The notes under the pieces were generated by a model, which made no database searches, was not told the DNA's origin, and saw nothing but the letters and a program-made list of their open reading frames with translations. Shown piece by piece: positions 1 through 12,373 of a stretch of 64,000 nucleotides of DNA (positions are counted from its first letter, which is position 1; the number at the start of each line of letters is the position of its first letter). Both the position numbers and the translations under genes were made by a program. Location: the NCBI GenBank assembly GCA_030141605.1, contig JAQGDQ010000174.1:1-64000 (forward strand), written 5' to 3'. The DNA comes from Tubiluchus corallicola. Taxonomy: Eukaryota > Animalia > Priapulida.

Positions 1-826
1 GTTAATTTCGAATAATTTTTTAGTTAACGAATTACGTTTACGCATTCTGATTAGTTCATACGGCGCAGGTGGAAAGTCCCAAAGACCGTCATTTTTAACA
101 CACCACAAGCAATTACATTAGCCCATCTTATAAGTGCAACTCTGCAAATCAGGACCATATTAAGGACATTATAAATCTACCGTATTGATTAGAAACATTA
201 TTTCGTAGATTTTTATAACGTAAATACTGCGTTTTAGAAATTTCAGAAATCGAAATTTTAATCAAAAAGACTAAAATTTTTTCAAACGCTTTTTGACATA
301 AAAGTCATTTTAGCGACACAAAAATAGCAAATGTTTTACACAGCAAAGTCAATAACACAAAGTGTGAAGCCTTTCTTATAGAACGAGATTACATAATTAC
401 CCGTGGTGTGCAAAAACAAGATGTCTGTAAAATGATATTTTAATTTTCGGAAGAAGTGTACAATTCCCTAGACAATTTAAAAACACTAATCCTATTGCTA
501 ACCCTAAGCCAACCCTAATAACCCCAACTCTACCCTAATCCGCTTCACCAACTGATTTTTGTGTGTGGAATTAATTGTAAACTTTGACCTGATTTTTAAT
601 CAAAGCAGAAATTGTATAAATTGTATATCAATAAATAAATATGTAGACTAATTCGTAAGTTATTTATCATCTATTTCCACGCCAGGAGACGAACGAAGCC
701 ATAACGATTAAAGGAGTGACACTCTTCAAAACCCTCCTGTTGTTTGCCACCACTTTGCCACTCACTCCAGCTCCACCATCTTTCGCAATGCTCTCTATTA
801 CCACAATCCTTCTTCATGTTGTAATG

Positions 827-905
827 CAGTAAAATCCGCTTATAACGAGTTTTAAGGGACCGTGAAAATTCGCACGCTATAACCGAGTTCGTTATAGCCG
901 AAGTA
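827..905 (+). mobile_element. Possible Tc1/pogo (Tigger-like) MITE terminus
   Basis: CAGTAAAATCCGCTTATAACGA...gttcgttatagccga resembles pogo-family TIR/subterminal motifs (from memory). No partner end found. Confidence 0.3.
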
Positions 906-1263
906 AATTGTCCGAGTGCATTACAACCAAAAGGTTGAACTACAAAACAGCATAAAATGACAAAATATAAAAACTTATAAAAGAATAATCAAGGTAGAAC
1001 CGTACAGCAACAAGCATTATTACACTGTTACAAGATACATGAACGAAATAAATTAAAATTAGTCAAAATTTAAGTTTGGAAATTAAATAAGCCATTTGAG
1101 ATAAAACTGTTCTTGTATCTCTCTGTTCTTGTATCTCTCTGTTCTGTATCGAGGTAAGGGTGGTAGCGAGTGCTATATCTACGACCATTAGGCTGTGGTG
1201 AAAATAACTTTTTTATCCAATCTTTTTACAACTTTTCCTAATTTGGAGGTTTGATGAGATACT

Positions 1264-1546
1264 TATTGTTGTTGTTGGCATCCTTCTGTCTCGGAAGACA
1301 ATGGAGTGTGCGCCAAGAGATTCAGTTATTGATCACATTGATGGAATTGCAGCGTCGACTGTGGCTGAGCAGTCCGATCCTTGAACGTCTCCAGGGCGCA
1401 CGCCTGGGCAAGGTGTATGGAGATCCTGAGTTGTCCAGAGAACAGGAACCCCCTCTCTTTCTCCCTGGTGTAGTCCAAAGGAAAGCTGAGCGATACGTTT
1501 GGCACCAGGTTGACTGCAGGAGCTGCCGGAGTCGTGAGCATGCTGC
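1264..1546 (-). mobile_element. Short non-autonomous RTE-type retroposon with 10-bp TSD
   Basis: Perfect TSD ATGAGATACT at 1254-1263 and 1547-1556. The minus strand ends in ccgagacagaaggatgcc followed by a (CAA)n tail. The 5' part (ggcagctcctgc...ggtgccaaacgtatcgctc...ttcctttggac) resembles RTE 5'UTRs (from memory). Confidence 0.7.
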
Positions 1547-1698
1547 ATGAGATACTAACATGGGTAAATTTTCAGCTTTATTAAGCTTTGGGAACACGTG
1601 TCTCCAGTCATCTTAAGATTGCTGAATTTTGCTCATTTGTGTAGTAATTTGACAAAGTTTAAAAACTATTATATCCACTCCACTCACCTAGTCATTGG

Positions 1699-2375
<677 letters not shown>

Positions 2376-2876
2376 GTCATGGGCATCTGACAACAGAATG
2401 TGGATCTTTTTACAGTTTATTAGGATTGGTAAGAACAATCTTTTACAAGAATTTTAAACAAATGTTGAAGATTAACCAAAACTAGCACATTTACATCGTG
2501 TGTCAGTCGAAGTAGCTGTTTGTCCGTTTCTCAACTTCACACTGAATTTTAAGTTTTAACTCAACAGTTTCTGTTCCACGCACAAATGCCTGTAAGCCTC
2601 AGAAAAGGACATTTTAACCGAAAATGTTTTTAATTAATTATCCTTTACCGCCTTGTGACAGTCATTCCGGCGGCACAAAAATATTAGCATTTTTATAGGT
2701 GTAAAATGTAATTTTTGTGGTTGTGAAGGTCTTCGCTAATATAAAGGACTACCCGAAGCAATTGTTTGTGGTGTGTTAAAAAGTAGCGCCCTTTCAAAAT
2801 TGACATTTCAAGAGTTCATTCATTTCCACATTGCATCTTACAATTATCATTAAAATACAGATAATTATCCATTAAG

Positions 2877-3073
2877 TAAATATAAATATAAATATAAATA
2901 TAAATATAAATATAAATATAAATATAAATATAAATATAAATATAAATATAAATATAAATATAAATATAAATATAAATATAAATATAAATATAAATATAAA
3001 TATAAATATAAATATAAATATAAATATAAATATAAATATAAATATAAATATAAATATAAATATAAATATAAAT
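2877..3073. repeat. (TAAATA)n hexanucleotide microsatellite
   Basis: Perfect hexamer array. Confidence 0.98.
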
Positions 3074-3260
3074 AAATGCACTATTATCGAGAAATTACAA
3101 AATGCATTTTAATTTTCTTTCGATGCAAACATGTTGTAGAACTAATTAGAAAACGCTAGTGTAAATTTTTAAATATTTAATTCCTTAGTAACTTATTGTT
3201 TTTAATTATTACTTGCTACTTTATTTGCAAGTAACTACTTTCAATTTTTAGTGAATTTGT

Positions 3261-4400
3261 GAACATCTGGGTATTTCGTCTAGAACTGGCAAAAAATTGG
3301 AAAATTCTCCTCAATCCAGCATTAATGACCACATTTGTGCCTCTGGCCACAAAGCTGATTTTAATAATTTCAGCATTGTGTCCAGAGCTACAACTAACTG
3401 GGACTTATTAATAAAACAAAGTTTATCTATGTACCCTAATAAGGCTTCTCTTAATGTACGAAGCAGTTCAATTCCTTTAACTTTATTTTCAAACACTTAG
3501 CTATTTGTTACTGTATCAATTTCTTTTCTTCAGGTCTGTTTAATCACTACCTATTTGGTTTTGTAAATACATAATTAGTGCTTAAGTTACTGTATCAATT
3601 TCTTTTCTTCAGGTCTGCTTAATCATTACCTATTTGGCTTTTGTAAATACATAATTAGTGCTTAAGTTACTGTATCAATTTCTTTTCTTCAGGTCTGCTT
3701 AATCATTACCTATTTGGCTTTTGTAAATACATAATTAGTGCTTAAGTTACTGTATCAATTTCTTTACTGGTCTGTTTATTCATTACCTATTTGGCTTTTG
3801 TAAATACATAATTAGTGCTTAAGTTACTGTATCAATTTCTTTACTGGTCTGCTTAATCATTACCTATTTGGCTTTTGTAAATACATAATTAGTGCATAAT
3901 TTACTGTATCAATTTCTTTACTGGTCTGCTTAATCATTACCTATTTGGCTTTTGTAAATACATAATTAGTGCTTAAGTTACTGTATCAATTTCTTTACTG
4001 GTCTGTTTAATCATTACCTATTTGGCTTTTGTAAATACATAATTAGTGCTTAAGTTACTGTATCAATTTCTTTACTGGTCTGCTTAATCATTACCTATTT
4101 GGCTTTTGTAAATACATAATTAGTGCTTAAGTTACTGTATCAATTTCTTTACTGGTCTGCTTATTCATTACCTATTTGGCTTTTGTAAATACATAATTAG
4201 TGCTTAAGTTACTGTATCAATTTCTTTACTGGTCTGTTTAATCATTACCTATTTGGCTTTTGTAAATACATAATTAGTGCTTAAGTTACTGTATCAATTT
4301 CTTTACTGGTCTGTTTAATCATTACATATTTGGCTTCTGTTAACTACTTAACTAGTGCACAATAGGCTCTGCCTATACAAACTGGTTGTATATTTTTCTA
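3261..4400 (+). mobile_element. Penelope-like retroelement 3' relic (GIY-YIG C-terminus plus expanded 3' region)
   Basis: EHLGISSRTGKKLENSPQSSINDHICASGHKADFNNFSIV...DLLIKQSL...KASLN...SIPLTLF (3261-3500) matches the C-terminal pattern of Penelope GIY-YIG ORFs. 4352-4395 (gctctgcctatacaaactggttgtat) matches the arms of the inverted repeat at 23 kb. Confidence 0.75.
3507..4345. repeat. 77-80 bp minisatellite, about 11 copies
   Basis: Unit gttactgtatcaatttctttactggtctgcttaatcattacctatttggcttttgtaaatacataattagtgcttaa. Confidence 0.95.
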
Positions 4401-4829
4401 GTTATACGTAAATTCGCGGGGGTGTGTTCAACAGAGGCAGTTGCACATAATTACTTCCTCGACGAAGTTTAACGGGAAGAAAAGGGAATTTTAAATAATC
4501 CCATCCAGAGTATTGCATCCCACAGAAAAAAACTTTCTATACTTAGCATTACGCTTACCTGTTTGAAACATTTATGTGACTAGAAAAGAAAATTCTTAGC
4601 TATTTAAAACTTTCACACCACCAGGTAAAACGTCATTGCACCGCCATCCCAGTGTGCACCACTGGTTCACCCAAAACACGTTACTGACTTACTCTAGTAA
4701 TTTAAAGTTTTTCTTAGTTAGTGAAGAGTGTGCTACGAATATTCTGATAATTTTTTCAAACTTTATAGGCTGCAGCGCAGTGCCTGAGGGACCTCCAGAG
4801 ATTAAGCGAAATTAATTTAGCTTTAAGAG

Positions 4830-5012
4830 ATTTAGCGAATGGCAAAATGCACGTGACAGTGGATTGTGTTTGTGTGGTAATAATTCTCTCACGTAAGTCA
4901 TATATTTATATTTTATACATCAAATATTTTGAAAATATAAATGTGTTTGCTTTCAAGATTTTAAAGAATAGTTTATGTTGACATGTAATTTAAGATTGGG
5001 TCCAGTTTTGCT
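4830..5012. mobile_element. Right-end fragment of the Kolobok-like MITE family
   Basis: Similar to 27300-27455 and 46950-47119; ends gggtccagttttgct followed by TTAA. Confidence 0.55.
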
Positions 5013-6379
5013 TTAAAATAACAATTTTCTAAGGGGGCTGATTTTAACACACCACAGCCAATTACGCCCGGGCATTCTATAAGAGAAACTGGGCGACTAG
5101 AACAGTACGTATTAAAATTTGGTTGAAACCCAAATATTTTTGTGCCGCTGGAAAGATTTTTATGTCGCACGGCGGGTTGAATTTAATCAACTTAACGTAT
5201 TTCTTAACTTTTAATTTTTAAAACTGTTAGACCGAGTTTTTTACGTTATAAAAATGTTTTCGGCCACAAAAATATTTTGACTATTGATACAGTATTAATC
5301 AGCAGCGTTTCTTGCGCTTTAACTTTATTAGTAAGCCTTTTCAGCGATTGATGATGATCGTAAAAAGGTCAAAGGTTAAGTGTACCAGATAACACATTTG
5401 TTTACACTTGACAACGCATCGTCCGTGCTATTGTAATTAAGAAAAGGAACGAATGCTAGCTATACCTAGTTCATTTTTCCCTGTTCTCAAGCATGATCCC
5501 CCAGGGTGCGTCACTCACTAACCAAAAACCAATTTTTAATCTTATTGACGAGATACAGTAATTTACAATTTTACTTAGTCAGTAATACGTGTGCTTACGA
5601 ATACTCTGATTACTTTTTCAAACTACATGCAATGCTATCTAAATTTGTATGAAATGAGCTACCATCAAAATGGCTGTATCTAAGAGTCATCGCGGGAGTT
5701 CAAATGTTTTATACGGAGTTACTGCCGATGCAAGCCCTGTATGCAAAAAGGGCGTGGAGGGTTTCCTTGTGCTTTAATGTGTTACACCTGGACTATCTCC
5801 TAGACGAAATTATTACATTCAGGTTTAAACAAAGTTTACCATTTACAACATTGTCATCGCATGTTGGCACTGCTGCATTGTAACTACATTTAAAAAATAA
5901 TAACTTTTTATGTTGTTTGGTTTTGTTATCATAATGCTATTTTTACATATATACTATCAATTATTATATACTATATGGTATATTATATTCTATCCACATT
6001 CTGACATAATAAAATGCATATTCGAAATTAAAGTAAGACCGGATGATTGTCTAGACTCGATCTCATTTTAATTTACTGTCCAAAATATACATTTTCTTGC
6101 CTATAAAATTTAGCAATTGTTTCTTATGTTTGAATAAATCAGCTTAGGAAGTTAAGTAACGGTAACCGAACACAGTTATTGCTTACGTCAGAAACTAACC
6201 ACAGTTTGTGCAATGGCAGGCATCTTCTCTTGCACGTCAAGCACATTTGCGTAAGTGTTACTGCTTAAATGTGTGATGTCATGTGACGTCAGAAACTAAC
6301 ACTGCAGTTCATGATCATGGTTATCACGGTACCGCCTTTTATTTGTCGGCCACGTGAATGTGACGAAAAAGCGCCGCTG

Positions 6380-6800
6380 CCAATCTTATTAGATTCACTG
6401 AGACGCGCGCAGCTTTGAAAGTTTAACGAAATTTGAGTGTCCGAGGTAATTATTATTTAATCTAAGCTTTGACTTAAAATAAGCTATTGTAGTTTTCAAT
6501 ATTTTAGAGCATTCTTTATTCTGAACTCATGTTTACACAATCGTCAAGTTTTCCACTAATTGAAAATAGTTACATTTTGTACAGAGTTACTGCCGACGCA
6601 AGCCTTGAATACAAAAAGATATGAAGCAGGTAAGTGGCATTGCAGTAAAATTAAACTATTGTTTTTAATTCTGGTTTAATTTCTTTGTTTTAGATGCCTT
6701 GACAATGAACAGTTTGTTCAAAACCAAACAAACTTCATTTGATGTAATTACAACTATTTTCCAAATATGGATAAATCAATGATAACAACAATAGGTAAAC
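6380..6800 (+). ncRNA. Candidate spliced non-coding transcript or 5'UTR (exons ending 6445, 6585-6629, starting 6694)
   Basis: GAG|GTAATT at 6446; ctaat...tttgtacag| at 6584; CAG|GTAAGT at 6630; ttctttgttttag| at 6693. The only ORF seen across the junctions is MKQMP*. Outer boundaries are approximate. Confidence 0.35.
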
Positions 6801-6981
6801 AAGATTTTACGATTGGTTTCTGATTAGTTTATTTTCATAATCAATAATCAATCAATGTTTACATCAAAATATCTACATCCATCAGAAATCCGACATTTAT
6901 TACGATCGATTAAAATTACAAAAAAATGCGACGCTGCAGCACGGTCAAATGTTGGCACATTACAAAGTAGCAACAATTTTC

Positions 6982-7018
6982 GTTACCATGGCAACGCTGG
7001 CGTATTGGACTGACGTCA
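6982..7018. promoter_or_regulatory. RFX X-box plus full CRE
   Basis: GTTACCATGGCAAC at 6982-6995 matches the RFX X-box consensus; TGACGTCA at 7011-7018. Confidence 0.45.
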
Positions 7019-7393
7019 GTGTACACGGCGCGAGTTTTCTTGTTTTTGTAAACACCCACAGGTATTTAACAGGCAGGTAAATGTTTCTTTGATAAATTTG
7101 TAAAAAATCTACAATATCAAACAAAAAATAAACAATTAGGGACTAATAAATCAATAAAAACGAAAATGGCAATGAGCAAACAAACAAATAAACAAACAAA
7201 CAAACAATAAGAAAACACAGAAGTTACACAGAGTCACCGAAGTTACAAATACCCAGACAGGAAGAAGTAAAACCGCATATATAATACATTAACTTCAGGA
7301 AAACGAACAAACCTTTGCCAAGGTGTGAATGTTTAACTGACCTTTGACCTTGACCCTTTAGCAATGACCTTTAGCAAAGCAGATAACAACTAT

Positions 7394-7980
7394 TCATAAA
7401 CATTGACATGATGAAAGGATATCTATGACCTGCCAGCTCAGTCACTACCTTCAACAAGAGCTCATGAACACTGACATGTTAAAAGCATATCTATGACCTG
7501 CGAGCTCAGCCACTGATTTTAGCACCAGCTCACGAACACTGACATAATAAAAGCATATCTGTGACCTGCGAGCTCAGTCACTACCTTCAACAACAGCCCA
7601 TGAGCATTGACATACTAAAAGCATATCTATGACCTGCGAGCTCAGCCACTGATTTTAACACCAGCTCACGAACACTGACATAATAAAAGCATATCTGTGA
7701 CCTGCGAGCTCAGTCACTATCTTCAACAACAGCCCATGAGCATTGACATACTAAAAGCATATCTATGATGTGAAAGCTCAGCCACGATCTTTAAGAACGG
7801 TTCATAAACGTTGATATAACAAAGGCACAGCTCTGTGATCTACTAGCTCAGTCACTACCTTCAACAACAGTCCATGAACACTGGCATAATAAAAGAATAT
7901 CTATGACCCGCAAGCTCAGCCACTGACTTTGGCAACAGCTGATTAGTACTGACATAACAAAAACATATCTATGACTTTCA
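7394..7980. repeat. 68-bp minisatellite with alternating A/B units, about 8.5 copies
   Basis: Core ctgacat...aaaagcatatct(a/g)tgacctgcgagctcag; endings alternate between tcactaccttcaacaacag and ccactgattttagcaccag. Confidence 0.9.
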
Positions 7981-8467
7981 AACAAAGCGACTGAGCTCAC
8001 AGACAAAAATACAGAAAAATTACACATATTTGTGACAACCTATATATATAAAGAGTAACTACATCAAAAAACATAGATAATTTAAGACAATTTTCTTTCT
8101 TCTACTTGAGTAACACCTAACATGAAGGAATTATAACCCGCCCCATTTGAGCCTCATGAATATCCCCGCCCACTTCAACACACGGCCTAAAAAAACTTAC
8201 ACGAAAGCAGTAAAAATTTCATTATTGTTATGTATGTACAAGTATACAAGCACAACAGTTTTATTACACAATAAATGATGATAATCAAGTTTATTACGAA
8301 ATAAAATTCAGACAGTTCATTACGTATTATGAAATTCGCCTTCTGGTAAGCTAGAGTTTATGATTTTTTTTAATATTAGCAGGTTGGCCATATCAATTAA
8401 GCCTAGTTCACTGGAAAAATTGTCATTCATGAAATGATGCGCTAATTTTGTTCTATAATTTTTTTGG

Positions 8468-8527
8468 TTAGTATCTTCGACTGTAGTAGCTGGATGGTGG
8501 CGGGGGCGGAAATCTTCGTTGATTAAC
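8468..8527 (-). CDS. Terminal exon of small R/D/Y/S-rich protein: VNQRRFPPPPPSSYYSRRY*
   Basis: attttgcag|GTT AAT CAA CGA...AGA TAC TAA. Phase 0 matches the donor at 14186 and the composition continues the previous exon. AATAAA on the minus strand near 8295 and 8265. Confidence 0.72.
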   Translation of the reverse strand, partial: VNQRRFPPPPPSSYYSRRY

Positions 8528-9199
8528 CTGCAAAATTATAACAAAAGGATAAAAACAAAACATTGTTTTGGGAGAAACATCAATTATTTGTTCACAAGCT
8601 GAGCTAAATGAAAAGCCTAAGGCATGAGTTCGTGTCTCAGTTAAGGTGCAAAACCTTTTTTAGACTTTCTAATTTAATATTATTTCCATATTTTGAGAAA
8701 TAAATTTCTGCTTTTTATTTTTGAAAATTTAAAAAGATAAATTTTGATTGCATTCAGAAAGTCTCTCGGTGGCTGAATGATATCGAATACGCCAAACAAC
8801 AGTTCCACCAAAGCTCTTTGGTTCAAATCAAGGTTCAGTCAAAACCATTTTAAGTTTTTCTTTTTTTGGTTAAAATTCCATTCTATCCCAACATTAAGAC
8901 CCAAAACGATTTAGAATACTCTCAGAACATTAATAGTTGGCGGTTTATTCTATATCCAAAAATTCAGTAGATGGTTGTAAGATGACTGTATCTGTTAAAT
9001 TCTTATTTCTGCGTATACTTCTTTAATTTTAGTGTAATTGGTCATTGGGGTGTTTGGGGTTCTCATGCTGGTCGTTGGGAGGGCACTTTTCTGCTGGGTT
9101 TTTTTCTTCTATCTGCTATTTCAAGGTGTGCCATATTATCCATATAATAACACTGACGATGAAAGCGTGGAAGAAATGTAAATGCTTAGACTGTCTTCT

Positions 9200-10665
9200 A
9201 GCAACAGATGAAGATATATCGGTCTAGAAGCAAAATTAAGAATCTTTGCTGCACTTGTGGAAACTGTGTTTCTCCATAATTAAGAATTATGGACAATCAA
9301 AGCACAACACGAATCAGAAATTGATGTATTTCAAAGAAGAAACTACAGGCACATCCTAGGAATAAAATGGCCAAAGAAAATATCAAACCAGGAGATCTGT
9401 ATAATAAAGTCAAGGCAGAGGAATGGTCACTCGACAATTAAATTCAAAATGAGAGGATTAAGATGGATAGGATGTGTTATACGACTACCAGATGACAGTC
9501 CATTAAAATTAACTTTCAAAGAAGCACTGCAGAAAGAAAAGAAACCACAAGGAGGACAGCTGCTGACTTACATCAATTTCATCCAATAGGATCTTATTAA
9601 CACACCATTTGATATCAAAAATACAGAGACATGGGAGGTTGCGGGTTATGGGGCAGCATGGAGTAGAGTGATCAGGAGGGTCAAGTCAAACGACGTGTGA
9701 CTCCAGAGACATGGGAGGCTGTGGGTGACAGGGAGCACGGAGTAGAGTGATTAGGAGGGTCAAGTCAAACAACGTGTGACTCCAGAGACATGGGAGGTTG
9801 CGGGTGACAGGGAGCATGGAGTAGACTGATCAGGAGGGTCTAGTCAAATGACGTGTGACTCCAGAGACATGGGAGGTTGCGGGTGACAGGGAGCATGGAG
9901 TAGACTGATCAGGAGGGTCAAGTCAAACGATGTGTGACTCCAGAGACATGGGAAGTTGCGGGTGACAGGGGGCATGGAGTAGAGTGATCAGGAGGGTCAT
10001 GTGAAACGACGCGTGACTCCAGAGACATGGGAGGTTGCAGGTGACAGGGAGCATGGAGTAGAGTGATCAGGAGGGTCTAGTCAAATGACGTGTGACTCCA
10101 GAGACATGGGAGGTTGCGGGTGAAAGGGAGCATGGAGTAGAGTGATCAGGAGGGTCAAGTCAAACGACGTGTGACTCCATAGACATGGGAGGTTGCGGGT
10201 GACAGGGAGCATGGAGTAGAGTGATCAGGAGGGTCAAGTCAAACGACGTGTGACTCCATAGACATGGGAGGTTACGGGTGACAGGGAGCATAGAGTAGAG
10301 TGATCAGGAGGGTCTAGTCAAACGACGTGTGACTCCAGAGACATGGGAGGTTGCGGGTGACAGCGAGCATAGAGTAGAGTGATCAGGAGGGTCAAGTCAA
10401 ACGACGTGTGACTCCAGAGACATGGGAGGTTACGGGTGACAGGGAGCATGGAGTAGAGTGATCAGGAAGGTCAAGTCAAACGATGTGTGACTCCAGAGAC
10501 ATGGGAGGCTGTGGGTGACAGGGAGCATGGAGTAGAGTGATCAGGAGGGTCAAGTCAAACGATGTGTGACTCCAAAGACATGGGAGGTTACGGGTGACAG
10601 GGAGCATGGAGTAGAGTGATCAGGAGGGTCAAGTCAAACGATGTGTGACTCTAGGGATGATGACG
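9200..10665 (+). mobile_element. RTE-clade LINE 3' fragment (degenerate ORF C-terminus) with tandemly amplified end
   Basis: Conceptual translation KLRIFAALVETVFLHN*ELWT...IDVFQRRNYRHILGIKWPKKISNQE...LRWIGCVIRLPDD...KPQGGQ, with stops and frameshifts, matches the RTE post-RT region. Ends in gatgatgac. Confidence 0.8.
9625..10652. repeat. 79-bp minisatellite, 13 copies
   Basis: Unit agagacatgggaggttgcgggtgacagggagcatggagtagagtgatcaggagggtcaagtcaaacgacgtgtgactcc, starting at 9625, 9705, 9784, 9863, 9942, 10021 ... 10574. Confidence 0.97.
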
Positions 10666-11320
10666 AAACCCACTATGGATTTTGAAACATGTCTTTTGTA
10701 ACAAAGAACAAAACGTTACCATCCACGAATTTGTCCTTTATTTGTTGTCGTTTTGATAATTTAAACAATGCAAATCGTTTAATTAAAGTTAATCAAGTGT
10801 CTACTCTTATTGTTGGGCCATAAGAGGCAGTCTCGGCTCTTCAAGTAAAAACACAAGCAAAATTATTCTAACAGAAGAAAACTGTCACGATATAATAAAC
10901 TCTGGTTCCTACACAAATATTTACATAACATCTCTAAAGGCATTTATAAATAATAATATTCCATTTATTTTCTGCAAGCAATTAAAAAGTCAAACAATGA
11001 ATTTAAAACAAATACAGACAAGTGATAAATTTGGACATCAATCACTGAATAAACTGCCTATAAGACTGTATAAGCTGATGTTAAAACAGCCCAAACTGTC
11101 AGCTCTTGTAAAAGTAAACTAAAAGCTACTCTACTTAAACATTGTATTCATACAAGCTAAGAGTGATAAAATTATATATAATAGTTAGTATCGAAAGCCG
11201 AAACTGCAATGAACCGAAATTCTTAGCATAAGTATTGGGTAACTTTGCATAAATACTTTCTTCTGCAAAAACTACTGAGTGCTTTTATCTAAATCAAAGT
11301 TCTCAATGTCAATCTGTTGT

Positions 11321-12373
11321 GTATTTTGTACATTTTGTAAATTTCTTTTCTATTTGTGATCATGTATATTTTCAATTTGTTCTTAATGTTTTTTCTATTT
11401 TGTATTATATTATGTACATTTTGTAAATTTCTTTTCTATTTGTGATCATGTATATTTTCAATTTGATCTTAATGTATTTTCCATTTTGGATTATATTTTG
11501 TACATTTTGTAAATTTCTTTTCTATTTGTGATCATGTATATTTTCAATTTGTTCTTAATGTTTTTGCATTTTGTATTATATTGTGTACATTTTGTAAATT
11601 TCTTTTCTATTTGTGATCATGTATATTTTCAATTTGTTCTTAATGTATTTTCCATTTTGGATTATATTGTGTACATTTTGTAAATTTCTTTTCTATTTGT
11701 AATCATGTATATTTTCAATTTGTTCTTAATGTTTTTTCTATTTTGTATTATATTATGTACATTTTGTAAATTTCTTTTCTATTTGTGATCATGTATATTT
11801 TCAATTTGATCTTAATGTATTTTCCATTTTGGATTATATTGTGTACATTTTGTAAATTTCTTTTCTATTTGTGATCATGTATATTTTCAATTTGTTCTTA
11901 ATGTTTTTGCATTTTGTATTATATTGTGTACATTTTGTAAATTTCTTTTCTATTTGTGATCATGTATATTTTCAATTTGTTCTTAATGTATTTTCCATTT
12001 TGGATTATATTGTGTACATTTTGTAAATTTCTTTTCTATTTGTAATCATGTATATTTTCGATTTGTTCTTAATGTTTTTGCATTTTGGATTATATTGTGT
12101 ACATTTTGTAAATTTCTTTTCTATTTGTAATCATGTATATTTTCAATTTGTTCTTAATGTATTTTCCACTTTGGATTATATTGTGTACATTTTGTAAATT
12201 TCTTTTCTATTTGTAATCATGTATATTTTCAATTTGTTCTTAATGTATTTTCCATTTTGGATTATATTGTGTACATTTTGTAAATTTCTTTTCTATTTGT
12301 AATCATGTATATTTTCGATCTGTTCTTAATGTTTTTGCATTTTGTATTGTATTGTGTACATTTTGTAAATTTT
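11321..12373. repeat. 85-86 bp T-rich minisatellite, about 12 copies, with a 4-unit higher-order duplication
   Basis: gtacattttgtaaatttc recurs at 11328, 11414, 11500, 11585, 11671, 11757, 11843, 11928 ... 12356. Confidence 0.95.

Noticed and set aside
498-540. Telomere-like CCCTAA/TTAGGG motifs (also 34935-34975)
   Set aside because: Few degenerate copies inside dispersed repeats; not a telomeric array.
9625-10652. CRISPR-like appearance of regular repeats (also 3507, 7394, 11321, 29315)
   Set aside because: Head-to-tail units without unique spacers, no cas genes, eukaryotic context.
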